Origin: Wolbachia endosymbiont of Litomosoides sigmodontis
GTDB taxonomy: Bacteria; Pseudomonadota; Alphaproteobacteria; Rickettsiales; Anaplasmataceae
Length of the DNA: 32,000 nucleotides
Direction: 5' to 3'
Assembly: GCF_013365435.1 (NCBI RefSeq)
Contig: NZ_CP046577.1
Span: 240,001-272,000, forward strand
In this document: positions 19,199 to 29,709 of the stretch, one piece after another
How positions within the stretch are numbered: position 1 is the first letter of the stretch
Layout of the letters: the number at the start of each line of letters is the position of its first letter
Notes under the pieces: model-generated
The model's database searches: none
Told to the model about the DNA's origin: nothing
Seen by the model: only the letters and a program-made list of their open reading frames with translations
Translations under genes and position numbers: made by a program

Positions 19199-19362
19199 AT
19201 TTACAACATGGTTTATCTATATATAACTCTGTTATCTGAGTAGGTTCTTTTTTTTTTTGATTATACGCTGAGTTTTTTCTTAAATAATAATTACATAAGA
19301 AATCGTTGTTATTGAGAGTTTAGTGAGCTTAAATTATTAGAATAGTAATGTTTATTTTTATA

Positions 19363-19391
19363 TTGACTATTGAGGTTTATTATTTTATAAC
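19363..19391 (+). promoter_or_regulatory. candidate sigma-70-type promoter for the rpsL (str) operon
   Basis: TTGACT (19363-19368), a 17-nt spacer, then TATAAC (19386-19391), about 40 nt upstream of the rpsL ATG. Chance matches to the -10 are common in AT-rich DNA. Confidence 0.35.
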
Positions 19392-19430
19392 TAGAACTTA
19401 AGTTATTTAATGAGCTTGGGTTTTTAATAT

Positions 19431-19805
19431 ATGCCTACGATAAATCAATTGGTACGTAAAGGCAGATTGAAATTGTCCTGTAAGAAGAAGGTGCCAGCTT
19501 TGGGGAAAAGCAACCCTCAAAGAAGAGGTGTTTGCACTAAAGTGTATACTACAACTCCTAGAAAGCCTAATTCAGCACTACGTAAAGTAGCTAGAGTAAG
19601 AGTTAGTGGGTATGGTGAAGTGACAGCTTATATACCTGGTGAAGGTCATAATTTACAAGAACACTCTGTTGTTTTGATACGTGGTGGACGAGTTAAAGAT
19701 TTACCAGGTGTACGTTATCACATAATAAGAGGTGCTTTTGATCTGCGTGGTGTGCAAAATCGCAAAAAGGCTCGTTCAAAATATGGTGTAAAGAAATCTG
19801 GTTAA
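19431..19805 (+). CDS. rpsL: 30S ribosomal protein S12
   Basis: [12 protein letters not shown]..., [15 protein letters not shown], and 124 aa in length. Confidence 0.97.
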   Translation: MPTINQLVRKGRLKLSCKKKVPALGKSNPQRRGVCTKVYTTTPRKPNSALRKVARVRVSGYGEVTAYIPGEGHNLQEHSVVLIRGGRVKDLPGVRYHIIRGAFDLRGVQNRKKARSKYGVKKSG

Positions 19806-19811
19806 AATTTT

Positions 19812-20291
19812 ATGTCTCGTCGGAATAAAGCAAAGAAGAGAAAAATAAGTCCTGATTCGCGTTACGGTAATGTTTTGCTGATGCGTCTCATTAATGTAAT
19901 CATGAAATGTGGTAAAAAGTCAATTGCAGAAAAAATTGTCTATAATGCTTTATCTTCAGCTGAAAAAGAGGTGAGTAGAAGTGGAGTGTCAATTTTTGAA
20001 ATAGCAGTGGAAAATGTTACGCCTTCTATAGAAGTGCGTTCCCGTCGTATTGGCGGTGCAACTTATCAAGTGCCTGTTGAAGTTAGAAAAGATAGAGCTA
20101 TTTCTTTGGCGTTGAGATGGATTGTTAAATCAGCTTCTGCTACGAGAAAAAAAAGTGGAAAGGGGTTTTTTAAGTGTTTGTGCTCTGAAATATTGGATGC
20201 ATATAATAAACGTGGTGGTGCATTTAAGATGTGTGAAGAAAAATATAAAATGGCTGAAGCTAATAAGGCTTTTTCTCATCTTCGTTTTTAA
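19812..20291 (+). CDS. rpsG: 30S ribosomal protein S7
   Basis: 159 aa with [34 protein letters not shown], located after rpsL. Confidence 0.97.
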   Translation: MSRRNKAKKRKISPDSRYGNVLLMRLINVIMKCGKKSIAEKIVYNALSSAEKEVSRSGVSIFEIAVENVTPSIEVRSRRIGGATYQVPVEVRKDRAISLALRWIVKSASATRKKSGKGFFKCLCSEILDAYNKRGGAFKMCEEKYKMAEANKAFSHLRF

Positions 20292-20312
20292 TGTTAGCTA
20301 ATTGATAATAAT

Positions 20313-22379
20313 ATGAAAATTGGTATATCTAAATACAGAAACATAGGTATAATGGCTCATATAGATGCTGGTAAGACTACTACAACAGAGCGTATTTTAT
20401 TTTATACTGGTAAGCAAAATAGAATTGGTGAAGTGCATGATGGTGCAGCTTCTATGGATTGGATGGAGCAAGAAAAAGAACGTGGTATTACAATCACGTC
20501 TGCTGCAACAACTTGTTTTTGGAATAATTATAGAATCAATATAATAGATACTCCAGGGCATGTTGATTTTACTATTGAAGTTGAAAGGTCTTTAAGAGTC
20601 TTGGATGGTGCGGTTGCTGTATTTGATGGAGTTGCAGGAGTTGAACCTCAATCTGAAACTGTTTGGCGTCAAGCTGATAGATATAATGTTCCTCGTATCT
20701 GTTTTGTTAATAAAATGGATAGAATAGGAGCAGATTTTTATCGATGTGTTAATATGATAAAGAGTAAGCTTGGAGCAGTGCCTTTAATTATTCAACTGCC
20801 AATAGGAAGTGAAAAAGATTTTAATGGTATAATTGATCTAATTTCCATGAAAATCATTATATGGGAAGATGAGACATTAGGCGCTAAATTTTCTTATAAA
20901 GATATTCCTTTTGATTTATTTGACAAGGCTCAAGAGTATCGAAATCTTTTGTTAGATGCTGCTGCTGATATGGATGATGAAGCGATGAATACTTACTTTG
21001 AATCTAATGACTTGCCAGTAGATTTGCTAAAAAGATGTGTGAGAAGTGGAACTATTAAAGGAGCATTTGTTCCTGTATTATGTGGATCGGCGTTAAAAAA
21101 TAAGGGCATACAACCACTTTTAGACGGTATAGTTGATTTCTTGCCTTCTCCTGCTGATTTTGATGAAATTGTTGGAATTGATCCAAGGGATTCGGGAAAG
21201 AAGATTAAGGTTAAACCTTCAGAAAAAGAAAAATTTGTTGCTCTTGCATTTAAAGTGATGACAGATAAATTTGTGGGTAGCTTAACATTTATTCGTATTT
21301 ATTCTGGTAAGTTAAAATCTAAATCTACTGTGTTAAATGCTGGCAAAAATGAAATTGAGGGAATTGGTAGAATGTTGCTTATGCATGCGAATAATAGAGA
21401 AGATATAAATGAAGCTGAAGTTGGAGATATAGTTGCTTTAGTGGGATTGAAGAAAACAATCACTGGTGATACTTTATGTTCATCTGATTTTCCTATATTA
21501 TTAGAACGTATGGAATTTCCTGAGCCTGTTATTGAAATTGCTATAGAACCTAGAACTATTTCAGATCAGGAGAAATTGTGTATTGCTTTAAGCAAATTGG
21601 CTGCAGAAGATCCTTCTTTGAAAATGTCAGTGAATGCGGAAAGTGGTCAGACGATATTGAAAGGTATGGGCGAATTGCATCTTGAAATCGTTACTGATAG
21701 AATAAAACGTGAATTTAACGTTGATGTCAATATTGGTGCTCCTCAAGTTGCATATCGCGAAACTATTACTAAATCTGTTGAAATTGATTACATGCATAAA
21801 AAGCAATCAGGCGGTGCTGGTCAATTTGCTAAAGTAAAGATTTTGTTTGAACCTCTTGAGCCTGGTTCTGGATTTCAATTTGAAAGTAAAATTGTAGGTG
21901 GTGCAATTCCAAAAGAATATATTCCCAGTGTGCAAAATGCTCTGGAATTGGTAAAAGAAGGGGGTATAATTTCTGGCTTTCCAGTTATTGATTTTAAGGC
22001 TACTCTTATTGATGGTGCTTTTCACGAGGTTGATTCAAGTCCTTTGGCTTTTGAGTTGGCTGCTAAGGGTGCTTTTAAAGAAATGGCAAGTGAAGCTGGT
22101 CCGAAAATGTTAGAGCCTATAATGAAAGTTGAGATTATTACACCTGAAGAATATATGGGCGATATTATGGGTGATGTAAATAGTAGGAGGGGGCAAATTT
22201 CAAGTACAGAGACGCATAATAATAGCACTATAATTCTTGCTTTAGTACCTCTTGCAAATATGTTTGGTTATATAAATGCTTTGCGTTCTATATCTCAAGG
22301 AAGAGCTCAATATAGTATGCATTTTTCTTATTATGAACAAGTGCCACAGTATGTAGTCAATGAGTTAAAGTATAATTAA
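20313..22379 (+). CDS. fusA: translation elongation factor G
   Basis: 688 aa with [23 protein letters not shown] and NKMD. All five domains are recognisable and intact. Confidence 0.97.
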   Translation: MKIGISKYRNIGIMAHIDAGKTTTTERILFYTGKQNRIGEVHDGAASMDWMEQEKERGITITSAATTCFWNNYRINIIDTPGHVDFTIEVERSLRVLDGAVAVFDGVAGVEPQSETVWRQADRYNVPRICFVNKMDRIGADFYRCVNMIKSKLGAVPLIIQLPIGSEKDFNGIIDLISMKIIIWEDETLGAKFSYKDIPFDLFDKAQEYRNLLLDAAADMDDEAMNTYFESNDLPVDLLKRCVRSGTIKGAFVPVLCGSALKNKGIQPLLDGIVDFLPSPADFDEIVGIDPRDSGKKIKVKPSEKEKFVALAFKVMTDKFVGSLTFIRIYSGKLKSKSTVLNAGKNEIEGIGRMLLMHANNREDINEAEVGDIVALVGLKKTITGDTLCSSDFPILLERMEFPEPVIEIAIEPRTISDQEKLCIALSKLAAEDPSLKMSVNAESGQTILKGMGELHLEIVTDRIKREFNVDVNIGAPQVAYRETITKSVEIDYMHKKQSGGAGQFAKVKILFEPLEPGSGFQFESKIVGGAIPKEYIPSVQNALELVKEGGIISGFPVIDFKATLIDGAFHEVDSSPLAFELAAKGAFKEMASEAGPKMLEPIMKVEIITPEEYMGDIMGDVNSRRGQISSTETHNNSTIILALVPLANMFGYINALRSISQGRAQYSMHFSYYEQVPQYVVNELKYN

Positions 22380-22392
22380 TGGCAACACAATT

Positions 22393-23477
22393 ATGACGAT
22401 AGCAGTAGAAACTACAGCGCAAGTAGTGGAAGCTTTTGGGAGGACGCCTGTTAATGTAGGGATGATAGGACGTGTGGGTCATGGAAAGATAATGTTAACA
22501 GCAGCGATAATAAAGTATTATGAAAATTTTATAGAGTACGATCAAATAAATAAGGTACTAGAAGAGAGGAAAAGAAGAATTACGATTGTAATGGCACATA
22601 TTGATTGCCTTGGGCTCATTATGATAGTGAGTACGGCGATGTTGATAGTGTCGGAAGTTGATGGGCCTATGCTGCAAATGAGAGAGTATATATTACTGGC
22701 GAGGCAAGTTGGTGTTGGGTATATTGTGGTATATATAAATAAAGCTGATGTATCTGATAATGATATGATAAGTTTGGTGAAGATGGGAGTGAAGCAATTG
22801 CTGAGTAAATATGAATTTTCAGTGATAATGGAATCTGTATTAAAAACATTAGAGAAGGATGGTGAGTATGGGAAGAAATTAGTCTCTAAATTGATAGAAA
22901 AGTTAGATGAGTATGTAAAAATTTCATCAAGGATTGTGAATTTACCATTCTTATTGCTAATTGAAGATGTATTTTTGATATCAGGACGTAGAATAGTAGT
23001 AACTGAGAGAATAAAAAAAAGAGAAATAATAGGTCTGAAAGCTGTACAGAAGACGACATTCACTAATGTGAAAGTGTTTAAAAAATTGTTAAAAAAAGGA
23101 AGTGCAGGATTAAATGTGAGGATATTGCTGAGAGGAACAAAGAGAGAGGAAGTAGAGAGAGGGCAAATATTAGCAAAACTAAGAACAATAATGCAGCACA
23201 GGAAATTCAAGGCAGAAGTTTACGTATTAAAGAAAGGAGAGGTGGGGAGGTATACACCATTTTTTATGAATTATCAGATACAATCTTATTTAAGGACGAC
23301 AGATGTAATGGGAAGTATAAGGTTGATAGAAGGGAAAGAGATAGCAATGTCTGGAGTAATGTAAGTGTAGAGATAGAATTGTAAATGTCGATAGCAATGA
23401 ATAAGAGGTTGCGCTTTGTAATAAGAGAAGGAGGTAGAACTGTTGATTATGGTATTGTTTCTGAAATTTTGGAGTAA
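22393..23477 (+). pseudogene. tuf: translation elongation factor Tu pseudogene
   Basis: EF-Tu homologue in the canonical fusA-tuf-rpsJ position.
- G1 reads GRVGHGKIML (canonical GHVDHGKTTL).
- Switch II reads DCLGL (canonical DCPGH), with roughly 20 codons missing around it.
- There are further in-frame gaps.
- A 1-nt deletion near 23355 gives a stop at 23362-23364.
- The continuation frame has TAA at 23382-23384.
- The ancestral tail MSIAMNKRLRFVIREGGRTVDYGIVSEILE* runs to 23477. Confidence 0.85.
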
Positions 23478-23482
23478 GTACA

Positions 23483-23848
23483 GTGGCTGAAGTGGAGCAA
23501 GTTGCATATATTATAAGTAGAGCTTTTGATTGTTTAAAATTAGAGAAGTATGTTAAGGAATTTGTTCATGGATTTAAAGATAAGTTTAAGCATTCTGGTG
23601 CAGAGTTGTCAGGTCCAGTGGCGTTGCGAAGAAGGAATTCTAAATTTGATTTTAATAGATCTCCTCATGTTGATAAAAAATCTCGTGAGCAATTTGAACA
23701 GAGAACTTCTGGGCGGCTAATTGTTTTACATGGTCTTACCCCTGCTATGATGCAGATGCTTGGAGATTCATCTTTCTTTCCTCCTCCTCCTCCTGGAGTA
23801 GAAATTTATTTAAAGATTAAGAAAATCAAGTTTAAAAAAGAGAAATGA
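23483..23848 (+). CDS. rpsJ: 30S ribosomal protein S10 (divergent, with polyproline tract and Lys-rich tail)
   Basis: Contains RAFDCLKLEKYV, SGPVALRRR and RSPHVDKKSREQFEQRT. The start is GTG at 23483 or 23492. The stop overlaps the rplC start (ATGA). Confidence 0.85.
   Translation: MAEVEQVAYIISRAFDCLKLEKYVKEFVHGFKDKFKHSGAELSGPVALRRRNSKFDFNRSPHVDKKSREQFEQRTSGRLIVLHGLTPAMMQMLGDSSFFPPPPPGVEIYLKIKKIKFKKEK
23780..23794 (+). repeat. (CCT)5 trinucleotide repeat inside rpsJ encoding PPPPP
   Basis: TTC CCT CCT CCT CCT CCT GGA, in frame as codons 100-104 of the 23483 ORF. Confidence 0.95.
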
Positions 23849-24570
23849 AGAGAATAAATTTGCTAAGAAGAATTGGTTTGTTAATGACGAATATCGGTCA
23901 TACTGCTATATATTCTAATAGTGGTCGTGTAGCTGTGACTTTACTGCATCTCAGTGAAACTTATATTGTTGATGTAAAAAGGCAAGATAAGTGTGGCTAT
24001 AATTCGGTTATTTTGGGTGCTGGGGACTTTAAAAATATTGCAAAACCACAATTAGAATATTTAAAGAAAATGGGAATACGTAATAGATGTAAATTGTATG
24101 AGAGTAGATTAAGTGATCTTTCTGGGATAGAATGTGGTAAAAGAGTTGGTGTTAATCATTTTGTGGTTGGTCAATATCTTGATATTACGAGTTATTCTAT
24201 AGGTAAGGGATTTGCTGGTGTAATGAAGCGACATAATTTTTGTGGACTCAGGGCATCTCATGGTGTTTCCATTGCTCATAGATCACAAGGTTCTACTGGT
24301 CAATGTCAGGACCCTGGTAGAGTATTTAAAGGAAAGAAAATGGCCGGTCATTTAGGTGATAAAAGAGTGACTGTGCAGAATATGAGAATATTATCTATTG
24401 ATCATGAAAATAGTATAATTGTTGTAAAGGGCAATAATGTTCCTGGATTCAGAAATTCTTATATTTTTGTTAGAGATGCAATTAAAAAGCCTTTACATAA
24501 AAATGTTCCTTTCCCGGTAGGTCTGCTATTAAATGCAAGTGATAATAATGTTAGTACTTTGGTAAGTTAG
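23845..24570 (+). CDS. rplC: 50S ribosomal protein L3
   Basis: GKGFAGVMKRHNFCGLRASHG and FKGKKMAGHLG, in conserved operon position. Confidence 0.93.
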   Translation: MKRINLLRRIGLLMTNIGHTAIYSNSGRVAVTLLHLSETYIVDVKRQDKCGYNSVILGAGDFKNIAKPQLEYLKKMGIRNRCKLYESRLSDLSGIECGKRVGVNHFVVGQYLDITSYSIGKGFAGVMKRHNFCGLRASHGVSIAHRSQGSTGQCQDPGRVFKGKKMAGHLGDKRVTVQNMRILSIDHENSIIVVKGNNVPGFRNSYIFVRDAIKKPLHKNVPFPVGLLLNASDNNVSTLVS

Positions 24571-24572
24571 TT

Positions 24573-25187
24573 ATGGAGCATAAATTAGTGAATTTATCTA
24601 ATAATGATGTAGGTACTATCCAGCTTAATCCTTTAATATTTTCTGTTAAGCAAAAATTGAGTATTTTGCATGATATAGTTAAATGGCAATTAGCAAAGAG
24701 AAGGGCTGGTACTCATAAAGCAAAAGGCATTAGTGATGTTTCTGGTACAACAGCCAAGCCTTATAGTCAAAAACGTACTGGTAGGGCAAGACAAGGAAGC
24801 TTGCGATCTCCTCAGTTTAGAGGTGGTGGAGTTATTTTCGGTCCTGTTGTTAGGAATCATGCTTATTCTCTTAATAAAAAAGTACGTAAATTTGGTTTAA
24901 AAGTTGCTTTATCTTTTAAATATTTAAATAATCAAATAGTTATTCTTGATAGTTTAAGTATTGATGTAAGGAAAACGTCTGAAGTGTGTCAATATATTCA
25001 AAATTTTAAATTTTCTTCCTTTTTAATAGTTGGCGATTATGGAGATAATTTGCTACGTGCTGTTAAAAATCTGCACTATGTAAACTTGATCAAGCCTATC
25101 GGGTTGAATGTTTTTGATATATTAAATCATGAATGCATAATGTTAACAAATGATGCTTTAAGGTATCTTGAAGGTAGATTATTATGA
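24573..25187 (+). CDS. rplD: 50S ribosomal protein L4
   Basis: QKRTGRARQGSLRSPQFRGGGVIFGP, 204 aa. Confidence 0.95.
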   Translation: MEHKLVNLSNNDVGTIQLNPLIFSVKQKLSILHDIVKWQLAKRRAGTHKAKGISDVSGTTAKPYSQKRTGRARQGSLRSPQFRGGGVIFGPVVRNHAYSLNKKVRKFGLKVALSFKYLNNQIVILDSLSIDVRKTSEVCQYIQNFKFSSFLIVGDYGDNLLRAVKNLHYVNLIKPIGLNVFDILNHECIMLTNDALRYLEGRLL

Positions 25188-25471
25188 TTAAATATGATAA
25201 TATAATAAAGTGTCCTATAATTACAGAAAAGGCTTCCTTTTTAAGGGAGAAATTTAATAAATATTCTTTATATGTTTTTTTGAATGTGAATAAATTTAAA
25301 ATAAAATTAACAATAGAATCTCTATTTAATGTTAAAGTTTCTTCTATAAACGTTATTAGAGTTAAGCCTAAGTATAGGCGCTTTAGGGGTGTAATTGGTT
25401 ATGAAAAACAAAAAAAGAAAGTATATTTTTCCTTGATGAATGGTCAAAAGTTGGATATAATGAGTGTTTAA
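25184..25471 (+). CDS. rplW: 50S ribosomal protein L23
   Basis: 95 aa with PIITEKAS, positioned between rplD and rplB, with a 4-nt overlap with rplD. Confidence 0.9.
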   Translation: MIKYDNIIKCPIITEKASFLREKFNKYSLYVFLNVNKFKIKLTIESLFNVKVSSINVIRVKPKYRRFRGVIGYEKQKKKVYFSLMNGQKLDIMSV

Positions 25472-25472
25472 T

Positions 25473-26297
25473 ATGGGTATAAAATTTCTTAATCCTATCA
25501 CTCCATCATCTCGTGGAACTGTATTAATAAGCAAGGTAGGTTTATCAAAAAGCAAGCCAGAAAAGTCCCTTGTGTTTGGTAAGAAATCTAGTGGTGGAAG
25601 GAATAATAATGGTAGGATAACAACTTGTCATAAGGGTGGTGGTCATAAAAAGAAGTATAGGATTATAGATTTCAAACGCAATAGAAGTGATCAGGGTGTA
25701 ATTGAAAGGATAGAGTATGATCCAAATAGAAGTGGATTTTTAGCATTGGTGTCGTATAAAAATGATGATATCAAGTCTTACATATTAGCTCCACAAGACG
25801 TAAAGCCTGGTGATGTTGTGATATCAGGAAATGATGTTGATATATTGCCAGGTAATTGTTTACCATTGAGGTATATACCTGTTGGTTCTTTTGTTCATGG
25901 TATTGAGCTAAAGCCAGGTAACGGTGCTGTGATTGCTCGAGCTGCTGGTTGTTATGCGCAAATTGTTGGTCGTGATGGTAATTATGTTTTATTGCGGTTA
26001 AGGTCTGGTCAAATTAGGCTAATTTTATCTTCTTGTAAAGCTACTATTGGTGTAGTATCTAATCCTGATCGTAAAAATAGAAAATTAGGTAAAGCTGGAA
26101 GGAGTAGGTGGCTGGGGATTAGACCTACTGTTCGTGGAGTTGCTATGAATCCTGTAGATCATCCTCACGGTGGCGGAGAAGGAAAGACTTCTGGTGGGCG
26201 CCATCCTGTTACTCCTTGGGGTATTGCAACAAAAGGAAAAAAAACTCGGAAGAAAAATAAGTTTAGTGATAAGTATATAAAGAAATTGAAAGGTTAG
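25473..26297 (+). CDS. rplB: 50S ribosomal protein L2
   Basis: [22 protein letters not shown] and [15 protein letters not shown] prefer ATG 25473 (MGIKFLNP) to the GTG at 25464 in the ORF track. Confidence 0.95.
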   Translation: MGIKFLNPITPSSRGTVLISKVGLSKSKPEKSLVFGKKSSGGRNNNGRITTCHKGGGHKKKYRIIDFKRNRSDQGVIERIEYDPNRSGFLALVSYKNDDIKSYILAPQDVKPGDVVISGNDVDILPGNCLPLRYIPVGSFVHGIELKPGNGAVIARAAGCYAQIVGRDGNYVLLRLRSGQIRLILSSCKATIGVVSNPDRKNRKLGKAGRSRWLGIRPTVRGVAMNPVDHPHGGGEGKTSGGRHPVTPWGIATKGKKTRKKNKFSDKYIKKLKG

Positions 26298-26300
26298 TTT

Positions 26301-26585
26301 ATGAGTAGATCTGCATGGAAACCACCTTTTTGTCATCCTTCTGTGCTAAGGTTGGTAAACAGAGCTTTAAAGCAAGGCTCTATTAATAAGGTAATAAAAA
26401 TTCATTCTAGGGCTTCTGTAATTCTCCCTAATTGTTTGGGTTTAAAATTTGCTGTTTATAATGGTAAGGATTACATCCCTGTCAGTATTAATGATCAGAA
26501 TATGATAGGCCATAAGTTTGGTGAGTTTTCACCTACTCGTAAATTTGCTGGGCATAGTGGTGATAAAAAGGCGACAAGAAGATAA
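26301..26585 (+). CDS. rpsS: 30S ribosomal protein S19
   Basis: [12 protein letters not shown] and [16 protein letters not shown]. Confidence 0.95.
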   Translation: MSRSAWKPPFCHPSVLRLVNRALKQGSINKVIKIHSRASVILPNCLGLKFAVYNGKDYIPVSINDQNMIGHKFGEFSPTRKFAGHSGDKKATRR

Positions 26586-26590
26586 TTGAT

Positions 26591-26941
26591 ATGAAGAGCA
26601 TGGATGTAATAATTAAAGCTAGTTCTAGAATTTTAAAATCTACTCCTCGCAAATTAAATTTGGTTGCTGATTTAGTGCGTAGTAAAAAAGTTTCTTTTGC
26701 TGCTGTGCAATTAAGATTTTGTGAAAAAAAGGCTGCTGGCCTTATAGGAAAGGTATTAAATTCTGCAATTGCCAATGCTCAATATAATTATGGATTGGAT
26801 ATTGATAATTTGTATATAAAAGAGATTTTAATAGGTAAGTCATTTACTTTACGTAGAGTATATCCAAAAGCTATGGGTAGAGCTAGTAGAGTTAGTAAGC
26901 ATTATAGTAATATAACTATAAAATTAGGGCAAATAGTATGA
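26591..26941 (+). CDS. rplV: 50S ribosomal protein L22
   Basis: 116 aa with [18 protein letters not shown], in conserved operon position. Confidence 0.93.
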   Translation: MKSMDVIIKASSRILKSTPRKLNLVADLVRSKKVSFAAVQLRFCEKKAAGLIGKVLNSAIANAQYNYGLDIDNLYIKEILIGKSFTLRRVYPKAMGRASRVSKHYSNITIKLGQIV

Positions 26942-26978
26942 TTTGTAAGAGTAAAAATTAGTAAAGAAAGTGTAAAAT

Positions 26979-27599
26979 ATGGGGCAAAAGGTTAATCCTA
27001 TAGGATTCAGGTTAAAAATAAATGCTAATACCTGGGATTCTATTTGGTATGCTGGTAAAGATTACAGGGAGAAATTGCATCAGGACTTATCTATTCGCAG
27101 TTACATAAATGAGTCTTTTAAACATGCCGGTCTTTCTAAAATAATTATAGAGCGCAAAGTTGATTTGGTGTCTGTAACGATACATTCTTCTAGACCTGGG
27201 GTAGTCATAGGTAAAAAAGGCTTGGATATTGAAAAGGTGAAACAAAAAATAGCTGAAAGAGTGAAAAACAGTGTGGAAGTGAATGTAATGGGGGTTAAAA
27301 GGCCTGAGATAGATGCAGCTTTGATATCAAATAGCATTGCACAGCAGTTAGAAAAAAGGGTTTCATTTAGAAGGGCAATGAAAAAGGCTATTCAAAGTTG
27401 TTTAAGAATGGGAGGTGGTGGCATTAAAGTAGGTTGTTCTGGGCGTCTTGGTGGAGCTGAGATAGCTCGTACTGAATGGTATAAAGAAGGTCGTTTGCCA
27501 TTGCATACTTTGCGTGCTAATATAGATTATGCTTTTTGTGAAGCGAAGACTATATATGGTATTATAGGAGTTAAGGTTTGGGTTTATATTGTTAATTAA
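26979..27599 (+). CDS. rpsC: 30S ribosomal protein S3
   Basis: [12 protein letters not shown], a KH-domain GKKGLDIEK and [26 protein letters not shown]. Confidence 0.96.
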   Translation: MGQKVNPIGFRLKINANTWDSIWYAGKDYREKLHQDLSIRSYINESFKHAGLSKIIIERKVDLVSVTIHSSRPGVVIGKKGLDIEKVKQKIAERVKNSVEVNVMGVKRPEIDAALISNSIAQQLEKRVSFRRAMKKAIQSCLRMGGGGIKVGCSGRLGGAEIARTEWYKEGRLPLHTLRANIDYAFCEAKTIYGIIGVKVWVYIVN

Positions 27600-27610
27600 G
27601 GTGTATTAAA

Positions 27611-28024
27611 ATGTTTGTACCCAAGAAGAGTAAATATAGAAAGGTGTTTAAAGGACGGATTAAGGGTAATACAAAAGGTGGTAACACACTTTCTTTTGGA
27701 AATTATGGCTTAAAAACTATAGAAGCAGGTAGAGTTCAGTCTAAGCATATTGAGACTGTAAGGCGTGTGATATCTAGAACATTGAAACGTTCTGGCAAAA
27801 TATGGGTGAGAATTTTTCCTGATATCCCTGTTAGTAAAAAGCCAACAGATGTGCGAATGGGTAAGGGAAAGGGTAATGTTGAATTTTGGGTATTTAAAGC
27901 TAAGCCTGGTAGGGTATTATTTGAGATTAGTAATGATGTCCCCATGCATTTAGCAAAGTTGGCGCTTGAGAAGGCAATAGCTAAGCTTCCTGTAAAATGT
28001 AAATTTATATCTAATTATAGTTAA
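27611..28024 (+). CDS. rplP: 50S ribosomal protein L16
   Basis: [16 protein letters not shown] and [14 protein letters not shown]. Confidence 0.96.
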   Translation: MFVPKKSKYRKVFKGRIKGNTKGGNTLSFGNYGLKTIEAGRVQSKHIETVRRVISRTLKRSGKIWVRIFPDIPVSKKPTDVRMGKGKGNVEFWVFKAKPGRVLFEISNDVPMHLAKLALEKAIAKLPVKCKFISNYS

Positions 28025-28240
28025 GTGGGGTTTATAGTGGATATAGCTGATATTAGATCAAAATCCTCACAAGAATTACATGAAATTCTTGTGAATTTGA
28101 GAAAGGAGTTTGTTAATTTGATTTTTCAAAAAAAGTTAGGGCAGTGTAATAATATTTCTCGTTTTAGCTTGATAAGGAAGAGTATAGCTCGTATTTTAAC
28201 TGTGTTAAATGAAAGAAGGATAGAGGAAAAGAATGCCTAA
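28025..28240 (+). CDS. rpmC: 50S ribosomal protein L29
   Basis: IRSKSSQELHEILVNLRKEFVNLIFQ. The start is GTG at 28025 or 28037. Confidence 0.85.
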   Translation: MGFIVDIADIRSKSSQELHEILVNLRKEFVNLIFQKKLGQCNNISRFSLIRKSIARILTVLNERRIEEKNA

Positions 28241-28466
28241 GAAGGTTTTTTGTGGTGTTATAACTAAAGCTGAGTGTAATAAAACTGTGAAGGTTTCAGT
28301 ATTACGTGTGTATAAAAATAAACTGTACAGGAAAGTTATAAAAAGGTATAAGAAGTACACAGCGCATGATGAAAATAATAGCTGCAAACAAGGGGATAAG
28401 GTTTTTATACAAGAGCATAGGCCAATTTCTGCTACTAAAAAATGGATTATTATTCGAGTGGAATAA
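28233..28466 (+). CDS. rpsQ: 30S ribosomal protein S17
   Basis: GVITKAECNKTVKV and YTAHDENNSCKQGDKVFIQEHRPISATKKW. Confidence 0.93.
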   Translation: MPKKVFCGVITKAECNKTVKVSVLRVYKNKLYRKVIKRYKKYTAHDENNSCKQGDKVFIQEHRPISATKKWIIIRVE

Positions 28467-28475
28467 GTTATTTAT

Positions 28476-28835
28476 ATGATTCAAAAGAATACATTATTAG
28501 AAGTAGCTGATAATTCTGGTGCGCGTGAAGTCATCTGCGTTGGTTTATTAGGTGGTAGAAAATCTGCATCTATAGGTAATACAATTATTGTATCTACTAG
28601 GTCAGTTAACCCAAAGGGGAAAGTTGAAAAGGGGAAAGTGTATAGGGCGGTTATTGTTAGGGTAAAGAATCGTATTAGAAAATCTGATAATTCTGTAATC
28701 TGTTTTTCTAGTAATGCTGTAGTTTTGGTTAATGATCAAGGTGAACCACTTGGTACTCGAGTATTTGGCCCGATAAAGAAGTTACCTTCTGGTTTTTTTA
28801 TGAAGATAATGTCATTAGCTGTTGAGGTTTTGTAG
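28476..28835 (+). CDS. rplN: 50S ribosomal protein L14
   Basis: [16 protein letters not shown] and [11 protein letters not shown]. Confidence 0.96.
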   Translation: MIQKNTLLEVADNSGAREVICVGLLGGRKSASIGNTIIVSTRSVNPKGKVEKGKVYRAVIVRVKNRIRKSDNSVICFSSNAVVLVNDQGEPLGTRVFGPIKKLPSGFFMKIMSLAVEVL

Positions 28836-29152
28836 TGAGTGCAAAAATAAGAAGTGGTGATGACGTTATAGTTTTAACTGGTAGAGATAGAGGTAAAATT
28901 GGTAAAGTAATCAAAATTGTAACATGTAGTGCTAAAAAAAAGGCAGTTATTTCTGGAGTAAATCTGTGCAAGAAACATGCTAAGCCAAAAGCTGGTGGTA
29001 GTGGTAGTATAGTAAATAAAGAATTGGCTATTGATATATCTAACATTGCAATATTGGACCCTAAATATAAAGCTCCAACCAGAGTGGGATTTAAGATTAT
29101 AGATGGTAAAAAGGTACGTTTTGCAAAAGTTTCTGGGGAAGTAATAGACTAG
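28835..29152 (+). CDS. rplX: 50S ribosomal protein L24
   Basis: GTG start overlapping the rplN stop by 1 nt. Contains [22 protein letters not shown]. Confidence 0.93.
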   Translation: MSAKIRSGDDVIVLTGRDRGKIGKVIKIVTCSAKKKAVISGVNLCKKHAKPKAGGSGSIVNKELAIDISNIAILDPKYKAPTRVGFKIIDGKKVRFAKVSGEVID

Positions 29153-29158
29153 GTTAGT

Positions 29159-29692
29159 ATGTTTAAAGAATTGTACAGAGATAGTGTAGTAAAATCCTTA
29201 AAGAATAAATTCAGCTATGACAATATAATGCAAGTGCCTAAGCTTGTCAAGGTGTGTATTAATATGGGTATTGGAGATGCTGCTACAGATAGTAAAGCAA
29301 TAAATGAACCACTTGATGATTTATATTTAATTGCAGGGCAAAAACCTGTATCAACGTTTGCGAAGAAGTCTATTTCTGGTTTCAAGATAAGGAAAGGTGC
29401 CATAGTAGGTTGTAAAGTAACTTTACGTAGAGATAAAATGTATGAATTTTTGGAAAGGTTAATATATGTTGCTTTACCGAGAGAAAAAGATTTTAGAGGA
29501 TTTAGTGTGAACCAATTTGATGGTAATGGTAATTTATCTTTTGGTATAAAGGAGCATATCTCATTTTTGGAAATAGATTATAATAAAATAAGTAAAATTA
29601 GAGGTATGGACATCAATATTGTAACAAGTGCGGCTAGTGATAAGGAAGCAAAGGAATTATTGCTAGCTTTTAAATTTCCCTTTTTTGATTAA
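29159..29692 (+). CDS. rplE: 50S ribosomal protein L5
   Basis: [16 protein letters not shown] and [10 protein letters not shown], 177 aa. Confidence 0.96.
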   Translation: MFKELYRDSVVKSLKNKFSYDNIMQVPKLVKVCINMGIGDAATDSKAINEPLDDLYLIAGQKPVSTFAKKSISGFKIRKGAIVGCKVTLRRDKMYEFLERLIYVALPREKDFRGFSVNQFDGNGNLSFGIKEHISFLEIDYNKISKIRGMDINIVTSAASDKEAKELLLAFKFPFFD

Positions 29693-29709
29693 TTTAAGAG
29701 AAGAAGTAT

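Noticed and set aside
19248-19258. T11 run as a terminator upstream of the str operon.
   Set aside because: There is no convincing GC-containing hairpin immediately upstream (the best stem is ACTC/GAGT, 4 bp). Homopolymer runs are common in this AT-rich DNA.
22542-23210. 222-aa ORF on the minus strand, antisense to the tuf relic (also 22667-22849 and 23286-23507).
   Set aside because: The sense strand here is strongly purine-rich, so the antisense strand rarely contains stop codons. The translation is low-complexity (S/I/F/N/T-rich) with no recognisable family. It is best explained as a compositional shadow ORF.
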